DNA of 28,624 nt, taken from positions 1 through 28,624 of IMG/VR virus record IMGVR_UViG_3300027373_000015. One strand, given 5' to 3'. Positions 1-4,903 of this stretch are shown one piece after another (position 1 is the stretch's first letter; every line of letters starts with the position of its first letter). A program made the translations under genes and the position numbers. Source of the stretch: a virus. Taxonomy: Duplodnaviria > Caudoviricetes. The notes beneath the pieces were generated by a model, which worked only from the letters and a program-made list of their open reading frames with translations, was not told where the DNA came from and did no database searches.

Positions 1-2
1 AT

Positions 3-125
3 GCCCTGAAGCTACTGGAAAATATAAAGGCATGGGACATACAACAAGCTGCTGAAAAAGGCACTTACAAACTGGTTTTGCCAACAAGATTAAGAAAAAG
101 AACACAGAAGTTGCTTAGTTTCTAA
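3..125 (+). CDS. C-terminal part of cassette ORF, truncated by window edge (...GTYKLVLPTRLRKRTQKLLSF*)
   Basis: Open frame from position 3 ending in the TAA of the first TAAC core, as for other cassettes. Confidence 0.65.
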   Translation, partial: ALKLLENIKAWDIQQAAEKGTYKLVLPTRLRKRTQKLLSF

Positions 126-245
126 CGAGTAACGAGTTAACTGGCTTGCGTAATTTGAAAATACACAAAGAAAGAAGGTGCTTATATGGGAGAAGCTACT
201 GATGCAACCACGGGCAGCAAGTCCAAGTTGAATGAGCTGTTATGC
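120..245 (-). repeat. attC-like site 1 (126 bp)
   Basis: TTCTAAC...GTTAACTGGCTTGC / GCAAGTCCAAGTTGAAT...GTTATGC; arms pair with three unpaired bases on the right arm. Confidence 0.85.
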
Positions 246-509
246 CCCACTGCTGCCCAGATTAAAGACATGCAGCACATGCTGGGTATGACTGGCAGCG
301 CACCAAAGGGACAATGGGGATACCGAAACCACTATGCTGCTTCACACGGCAACACAAAGGTACTGGAAAGCATGGCGCAACTGGTAGCGATGGGCTTGGT
401 GTCTGAAGGTTCTACCACTATTACCTTGCAATATTTTCATTGCACCCGTGAAGGCTGCAGGGCCGCTGGGTTAAGTAAAGCCGGTATCAAGCGAGTGTTT
501 GGGGCATAA
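186..509 (+). CDS. Cassette ORF, phage-type hypothetical protein (GYRNHY motif)
   Basis: ATG after AAGAAGGT in attC1 loop; stop is TAA of next core; flanks GTTATGCCCC / GGGGCATAAC complementary over 10 bp. Confidence 0.8.
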   Translation: MGEATDATTGSKSKLNELLCPTAAQIKDMQHMLGMTGSAPKGQWGYRNHYAASHGNTKVLESMAQLVAMGLVSEGSTTITLQYFHCTREGCRAAGLSKAGIKRVFGA

Positions 510-626
510 CTTACCGTGATAACCGGATTACGACACGAAGAGTGCATACAGAAAGAAGATACTGATATGGAAACTGGTAAAATTACGCCCAAAGCAAGTA
601 ATTCCGAGTTGATTAAGGCGTTAGGG
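504..626 (-). repeat. attC-like site 2 (123 bp)
   Basis: GCATAAC...GATAACCGGATTAC / GTAATTCCGAGTTGATT...GTTAGGG. Confidence 0.85.
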
Positions 627-833
627 GCGGGTATGGACTACGAAAAACAACAGGACACACTCTCTGCGCTGCAAGAAGCACGCAAATGGGTGCAAGAAGC
701 ACATGACGAGGCAGAGGGAAGACACGATACTTATGGCTTATATTACATGGATGCGTCGCAGTATGAAATAATGCAGGAAACGGAGAGGCTGCTCACACGC
801 ATAGATATGCTGTTACAACATTTAAGCCCCTAA
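567..833 (+). CDS. Cassette ORF, hypothetical protein
   Basis: ATG 567 after purine-rich GAAAGAAGA in attC2 loop (alternative ATG 633); flanks GTTAGGGGC / GCCCCTAAC. Confidence 0.75.
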   Translation: METGKITPKASNSELIKALGAGMDYEKQQDTLSALQEARKWVQEAHDEAEGRHDTYGLYYMDASQYEIMQETERLLTRIDMLLQHLSP

Positions 834-959
834 CGACCCGTGATAACCGGGTTGCGACCAAAGGAGAAAGAAATGGCCCTGAATGGATATGGCAGTGTAG
901 TAGACGATAGTCCCAAAGCTGACACAGTAAGCAACTCCGAGTTGATTAAGGCGTTAAGC
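828..959 (-). repeat. attC-like site 3 (132 bp)
   Basis: CCCTAAC...GATAACCGGGTTGC / GCAACTCCGAGTTGATT...GTTAAGC. Confidence 0.85.
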
Positions 960-1124
960 CCCGAGGACGAGCAAACAAAAGAATGGTTGGCAGAATCAGC
1001 AAGGCGCATGGCTGGTGCGGCAAAAACTTATTTGGAGCTGGAAAAGTACGATTCTGCCGCAATGTGTGCGATGCGCGCCGATGCCCTGCAATGGGCAAGC
1101 CAGTACTTGAAGCGTGGGGCATAA
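873..1124 (+). CDS. Cassette ORF, hypothetical protein (copy 1 of 2)
   Basis: AAGGAG SD then ATG 873 in attC3 loop; no in-frame ATG near the attC end; identical to 2349-2600. Confidence 0.8.
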   Translation: MALNGYGSVVDDSPKADTVSNSELIKALSPEDEQTKEWLAESARRMAGAAKTYLELEKYDSAAMCAMRADALQWASQYLKRGA

Positions 1125-1247
1125 CGTAACAAAGATAACCGGCTTGGGGAATATTACCCAACCAGAAACGGAGATAGAAAGTGACGGACAAGAATACAGC
1201 AAATTCAGAGGAGCATCCCCAAGTCCGAGTTGATTGCGGCGTTAGGT
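1119..1247 (-). repeat. attC-like site 4 (129 bp)
   Basis: GCATAAC...GATAACCGGCTTGGGGA / TCCCCAAGTCCGAGTTGATT...GTTAGGT. Confidence 0.85.
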
Positions 1248-1582
1248 ACATGCCAATGAGCCAAGAAAATATACTAAATATAGCCAGAAAAACACTGGAT
1301 ACAGGGCTTGATTTTGGCCGGACAACTAGAATTACGCGTGCAACAGACAAAGAACTGATTGATTTTGCCAATGCAATAACAGGTACATGGATGCCAATTG
1401 ATACGGCACCTAGAGACGAACGTGTTTTACTCTGGAACGGTACTGGGACGTATTGTGGCCACTGGGCAAAGAGTATTGAAACAGATGATGAAGCCTGGAT
1501 CATAGCTGAGTTTGGAAACGAGGGGGATCAGCTACTGATAAAGGCTACTCACTGGATGCCACTGCCTGCGCCGCCCGTTTAG
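1181..1582 (+). CDS. Cassette ORF, DUF551-like phage protein
   Basis: WMPIDTAPRD...VLLW...THWMPLPAPP signature typical of DUF551-type phage proteins; GGAG then GTG in attC4 loop; flanks GTTAGGTAC / GTACCTAAC. Confidence 0.8.
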   Translation: MTDKNTANSEEHPQVRVDCGVRYMPMSQENILNIARKTLDTGLDFGRTTRITRATDKELIDFANAITGTWMPIDTAPRDERVLLWNGTGTYCGHWAKSIETDDEAWIIAEFGNEGDQLLIKATHWMPLPAPPV

Positions 1583-1583
1583 T

Positions 1584-1705
1584 ACCTAACGATAGAATTA
1601 ACTGGCTTGCGGAGCCGAAGCGAAAGGATAAGACCAATGAGCGACAAAAAAAATGCTGGAAATGCGCCCGAAAATAGCAAGTCCAAGTTGAATGATGCGT
1701 TAGGG
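1584..1705 (-). repeat. attC-like site 5 (122 bp)
   Basis: ACCTAAC...ATTAACTGGCTTGC / GCAAGTCCAAGTTGAAT...GTTAGGG. Confidence 0.85.
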
Positions 1706-1831
1706 GCGCAGGAGGTTTGGGGATATGGTGAAGACAACGATGGGTGGTACGTGAGCTGTAATGATGAACAGATAGCATGGGCGGCATCAGAAATTAATGC
1801 CAAACGCATTGCCGAGCGAATGAATGCCTGA
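1637..1831 (+). CDS. Cassette ORF, small hypothetical protein
   Basis: AAAGGA SD then ATG 1637 in attC5 loop, reads SKLNDAL through the arm. Confidence 0.7.
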   Translation: MSDKKNAGNAPENSKSKLNDALGAQEVWGYGEDNDGWYVSCNDEQIAWAASEINAKRIAERMNA

Positions 1832-1843
1832 ATTACGGTAAGC

Positions 1844-1975
1844 CTCTAACGTAACTAAGATAACCGGCTGGCGATGCCGGAGAGGAGAAGCCAAATGAGC
1901 CTACAAACTAACGACAGAGAAGCCGCTGAAATTGCTGACACGGTAAGACAGTCCGAGTTGATTGAGGCGTTAGGT
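1844..1975 (-). repeat. attC-like site 6 (132 bp)
   Basis: CTCTAAC...GATAACCGGCTG / CAGTCCGAGTTGATT...GTTAGGT. Confidence 0.8.
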
Positions 1976-1999
1976 ACGGAGGGGACTGACCATGAATGA
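1895..1999 (+). CDS. attC-encoded leader peptide (34 aa, MSLQTND...SELIEALGTEGTDHE), not in ORF track
   Basis: GAGGAG SD, ATG 1895, stop in cATGAATGA overlapping the start of the next ORF. Confidence 0.55.
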   Translation: MSLQTNDREAAEIADTVRQSELIEALGTEGTDHE

Positions 2000-2309
2000 C
2001 TTTGTAGCCAGATGCCGAGAATGGCAGGCAAAAAATACTGATTACACTCTGATGTGCGACACCAACGGCACTGACATATTTTATGTGCAGTGGAATGAAC
2101 TGTCAAAATCACACAGAATGGCATGGATTGGTAAATACGGGCGTGCGGCAAAGGATGCATTTGAAGAGTTTGCAATTAAAAAATGCAAAGTGCCGCAATT
2201 TGTATTGACTGCTGACATGCGCTTGCTTCCTGACCCGCTGTACAACTGGCCACACGGTGATGCAATGCTGGTTTTCCAGACCAAGCAAGATGGTGTTCCA
2301 TTGGTCTAA
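1992..2309 (+). CDS. Cassette ORF, hypothetical protein
   Basis: GGAGGGG SD; stop is TAA of next core. Confidence 0.8.
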   Translation: MNDFVARCREWQAKNTDYTLMCDTNGTDIFYVQWNELSKSHRMAWIGKYGRAAKDAFEEFAIKKCKVPQFVLTADMRLLPDPLYNWPHGDAMLVFQTKQDGVPLV

Positions 2310-2435
2310 CGACCCGTGATAACCGGGTTGCGACCAAAGGAGAAAGAAATGGCCCTGAATGGATATGGCAGTGTAGTAGACGATAGTCCCAAAGCTGACA
2401 CAGTAAGCAACTCCGAGTTGATTAAGGCGTTAAGC
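2304..2435 (-). repeat. attC-like site 7 (132 bp; body identical to site 3)
   Basis: GTCTAAC...GTTAAGC; identical to 830-959 from CTAAC onward. Confidence 0.85.
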
Positions 2436-2600
2436 CCCGAGGACGAGCAAACAAAAGAATGGTTGGCAGAATCAGCAAGGCGCATGGCTGGTGCGGCAAA
2501 AACTTATTTGGAGCTGGAAAAGTACGATTCTGCCGCAATGTGTGCGATGCGCGCCGATGCCCTGCAATGGGCAAGCCAGTACTTGAAGCGTGGGGCATAA
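2349..2600 (+). CDS. Cassette ORF, hypothetical protein (copy 2 of 2)
   Basis: Identical to 873-1124. Confidence 0.8.
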   Translation: MALNGYGSVVDDSPKADTVSNSELIKALSPEDEQTKEWLAESARRMAGAAKTYLELEKYDSAAMCAMRADALQWASQYLKRGA

Positions 2601-2722
2601 CGTAACTAAGATAACCGGCTTGGGGAATATTACCCAACCAGAAACGGAGATACCAAGTGACCGACGAGAATACAGAAATTCAGAGCAGCATCCCCAAGTC
2701 CGAGTTGATTGCGGCGTTAGGG
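2595..2722 (-). repeat. attC-like site 8 (128 bp; close relative of site 4)
   Basis: GCATAAC...GATAACCGGCTTGGGGA / TCCCCAAGTCCGAGTTGATT...GTTAGGG. Confidence 0.85.
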
Positions 2723-2752
2723 GTGAAGCCGAGGAGATGTTGCCATGAATAA
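2657..2752 (+). CDS. attC-encoded leader peptide (31 aa, MTDENTEIQSSIPKSELIAALG...CCHE), not in ORF track
   Basis: GGAG then GTG 2657; stop in cATGAATAA overlapping ATG 2745. Confidence 0.5.
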   Translation: MTDENTEIQSSIPKSELIAALGVKPRRCCHE

Positions 2753-2939
2753 ACCCTATTTTGTAATACTTAATTGCAGTAATGGCGGTATTACTCCGCT
2801 GGTTACTGGTGATTTACACGAGGAATTGGCTACGTTTGACTCAGAAGACGAGGCCGCAGAAGCCGCACGAAACAACACGCTTGGTAATTTCTTCGGCTTC
2901 GAGGTTTTTTGTGCTGGCTGCGGCGAACTTAACGGTTGA
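2745..2939 (+). CDS. Cassette ORF, small hypothetical protein
   Basis: GAGGAG SD; flanks GTTAGGGGT / ACCCCTAAC. Confidence 0.75.
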   Translation: MNKPYFVILNCSNGGITPLVTGDLHEELATFDSEDEAAEAARNNTLGNFFGFEVFCAGCGELNG

Positions 2940-2941
2940 AC

Positions 2942-3002
2942 CCCTAACGACCAGAGTTAACCGGCGGGCGTTTAGCCCGTCCGAGTTGAACGAGCGTTAG
3001 AG
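2942..3002 (-). repeat. attC-like site 9 (61 bp, classical short 59-be-like form)
   Basis: Minus strand reads CTCTAAC GCTC GTTCAACTCGGACGGGC TAAAC GCCCGCCGGTTAAC TCTGGTC GTTAGGG, matching canonical attC top-strand layout. Confidence 0.9.
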
Positions 3003-3018
3003 GCTGAAAGGACAAAAC

Positions 3019-3249
3019 ATGCAAAACGTTGAATACCAACCATATATGCCGAGTTGCGGAACTGAGATGATGCAATTTTACGCCAATTTCTGCGACCAAT
3101 GCGCTGACCCTGACGAGGTTTTGTGGAGCGAAAAACAGGAAGGCTCTGGATGCAAGTTTATCATTGAGGCCACTGCGGAAAGCAAACAGCCTGAACCGTG
3201 GGTGATAAAAGACGGCTGCGCTTGCTGCCTAAATTTCAGAAGACTCTAA
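3019..3249 (+). CDS. Cassette ORF, Cys-rich hypothetical protein (possible metal binding)
   Basis: Own AAAGGA SD; CDQC and CACC motifs; stop is TAA of next core. Confidence 0.75.
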   Translation: MQNVEYQPYMPSCGTEMMQFYANFCDQCADPDEVLWSEKQEGSGCKFIIEATAESKQPEPWVIKDGCACCLNFRRL

Positions 3250-3367
3250 CGAAAACGAGATAACTGGCTTGCGACAAGAAGCAACCGGACAGGAAAGAGG
3301 AACTGATATGGAAAACGTAACAAACAAGGATGAGGTAAGCAAGTCCGAGTTGATTGAGCCGTTAGAG
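3244..3367 (-). repeat. attC-like site 10 (124 bp)
   Basis: CTCTAAC...GATAACTGGCTTGC / GCAAGTCCGAGTTGATT...GTTAGAG. Confidence 0.85.
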
Positions 3368-3736
3368 GCCCGAAATGCAATACAGCCTCTTTACACCGAC
3401 GAACACGGCACACTGAGGTTTAAGGGCAATGCCATTGTGAAATACCTGCTGGATAATGGAGGCATAAACCTTAACGACCTTGCCCGTATTGAGTTTAGCC
3501 AAGATGACCAGCAACACTTTGCCCAACTGATAGGCTACAGCCTGAGTGGATATGGCGACCTAAGCTACGTTGATGATGCCAGCTACGAGGCCGCTGCAAC
3601 TATGGCTGAGGATGGTCTGGACGAGAAAGACGCGCGGATTGCCACGCTGACACAGAAGCTGAATGCTCTTAAAGCAGCATTGCAGTTGCCGCTGGCAGAG
3701 TTGTTTGGTGTGCATCCCGACGACCTTAGCCTCTAA
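3308..3736 (+). CDS. Cassette ORF, phage-type hypothetical protein (RFKGNAIV...FAQLIGYSLSGY)
   Basis: AAAGAGGA SD then ATG 3308 in attC10 loop; flanks GTTAGAGGC / GCCTCTAAC. Confidence 0.8.
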   Translation: MENVTNKDEVSKSELIEPLEARNAIQPLYTDEHGTLRFKGNAIVKYLLDNGGINLNDLARIEFSQDDQQHFAQLIGYSLSGYGDLSYVDDASYEAAATMAEDGLDEKDARIATLTQKLNALKAALQLPLAELFGVHPDDLSL

Positions 3737-3750
3737 CGAGTATTAGACCC
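3731..3750 (-). other. Putative attI-like simple site closing the array
   Basis: CTCTAAC core not followed by an attC hairpin but by a short inverted box (TCTAA cgagta TTAGA), then AT-rich DNA. Confidence 0.45.
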
Positions 3751-3775
3751 CCTAATTTTTACCAAATACGACACA

Positions 3776-3805
3776 TTGACCACATAACCGATAATACAGT
3801 ATAAA
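3776..3805 (+). promoter_or_regulatory. Possible sigma70 promoter
   Basis: TTGACC-18 nt-TATAAA upstream of ORF 3827. Confidence 0.35.
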
Positions 3806-3826
3806 AAACGACAAAAAGGCCGTCAC

Positions 3827-4093
3827 ATGATCCACATCACCACCCTCATAACCCTGCAGTCTAAACACGACAGGGCCTGTTCAAAACACGACTGGACCGG
3901 ATACACCCTGGCAGACATGAACGCTGCAGCAGCCGGTGAGCAATTAGAGATCACCCAGGCCGAGGGACGCGGACAGATCCACGGCCCCCATGGCGTCATT
4001 GATGAAACCTATGACCTGATCGCCGTACTACTGCGCAAGGTAGAAGCGCTGGAAGGGACGCCCCATGCAAGCAATCAGAACCCTACTGCTTGA
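3827..4093 (+). CDS. Hypothetical phage protein
   Basis: 88-aa ORF after putative promoter; DETYDLIAV weakly recalls all-alpha NTP pyrophosphatases. Confidence 0.6.
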   Translation: MIHITTLITLQSKHDRACSKHDWTGYTLADMNAAAAGEQLEITQAEGRGQIHGPHGVIDETYDLIAVLLRKVEALEGTPHASNQNPTA

Positions 4094-4238
4094 CCCCCGC
4101 GTCTTCAGCTACCTAATTATGGGGCTCTACCTGCTCAACGCCCTGCGCTGGGCCTATGAACGTAAACCGGCTAATGTCTGCTACTGGCTCTCAGCCCTGG
4201 CAATCACCGCAACCGTAACCTTTGGGTATAAACACTAA
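4065..4238 (+). CDS. Small membrane protein (57 aa, MQAIRTLLLDPRVFSYLIMGLYLLNALRWAY...), not in ORF track
   Basis: GGAAGGGA SD, two hydrophobic stretches, TAATG overlap with next gene. Confidence 0.65.
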   Translation: MQAIRTLLLDPRVFSYLIMGLYLLNALRWAYERKPANVCYWLSALAITATVTFGYKH

Positions 4239-4903
4239 TGTCAGCCAACCACGCCACAGACCTGCAGGCCATCCTTGACGCTGCCATTGCCACCGCCAAG
4301 GCCAACCCCACCGCTGCCAACATCAGCACCGTGGAAAAGGCCCGCAAAGCCGTGGATGACTACAACTCTGCCCAGGCTGGTGACCCTGCTGGTGAAAAGT
4401 TCAAAACACAGGCCGCTGCCCTGCAATACCTGCAGCGCACCTGGAAGATCGAAAAAAGCAAACTCTCTGCCGATGTCCAGTCTGGCAAAGTACCCCGCAA
4501 GGATGGCTTGTTCTCTGCCAAAGATCTGGACTACTACGCCAACGCCGTCCGGCTGGATCTTAAAACCAGCGAACCACAACAAAGCAGTGATGGCCTGTCA
4601 GATGATATCAAGCGCGAAACAGCGCGCAGACTGAGAATCCATAACGAAGAACGCGAAGGCCTACTGATCAACAGGCTGGAAGAAGAGGCCAGGGATGCCA
4701 AGCTCTGGTCAGCAGTAAAATCAGATATTGAAAACCACGCCCCTGTCATTGTGCATGAACTAATCAACCGGCTGCTGCCGATTATTGAAGACGATGAACT
4801 TCGCGCCAGGGTGTTGTCACTAACTCATGAACTGAGGCTGGTATATGAGGATGCTATTGCAGATATCTTTGACCGTTACGCAAAGATAGAGGGCGAAGAG
4901 TGA
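4238..4903 (+). CDS. Probable terminase small subunit (Nu1-like position)
   Basis: Directly upstream of and overlapping (GTGA) the large subunit; helical, ARRLRI...EG.LI segment reminiscent of Nu1-like proteins. Confidence 0.6.
   Translation: MSANHATDLQAILDAAIATAKANPTAANISTVEKARKAVDDYNSAQAGDPAGEKFKTQAAALQYLQRTWKIEKSKLSADVQSGKVPRKDGLFSAKDLDYYANAVRLDLKTSEPQQSSDGLSDDIKRETARRLRIHNEEREGLLINRLEEEARDAKLWSAVKSDIENHAPVIVHELINRLLPIIEDDELRARVLSLTHELRLVYEDAIADIFDRYAKIEGEE

Larger units (their letters stand above)
120..3750. mobile_element. Integron-like gene cassette array (10 attC-like sites, 10 complete cassettes, no intI in window)
   Basis: Repeated YTAAC/ATAAC...TAACYGG...TCCRAGTTGA..GTTA units between single small ORFs; each GTTA core is complementary to the TAAC core at the far end of the same ORF. 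Confidence 0.85.

Noticed and set aside
516-2348. MITGL starts at 516, 840 and 2316 from the ORF track
   Set aside because: These GTGs lie in the attC left arm without an SD; ATGs with SD-like sequences occur in the loops at 567, 873 and 2349
946-2637. Minus-strand ORFs across the array as the true cassette genes
   Set aside because: They cross cassette boundaries and lack recognisable motifs, whereas + strand ORFs fit the cores precisely
834-2722. Canonical ORF plus downstream attC as the duplicated unit
   Set aside because: The downstream sites 4 and 8 have diverged while the upstream sites 3 and 7 are identical despite different upstream genes
120-3367. Repeats as simple terminators or REP elements
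   Set aside because: No T tails; conserved extrahelical bases and ORF-specific core complementarity are not expected of terminators or REPs
120-3750. CRISPR array interpretation of the repeats
   Set aside because: Repeats are degenerate and bipartite, the intervening segments are roughly 140-360 bp with intact ORFs, and there are no cas genes
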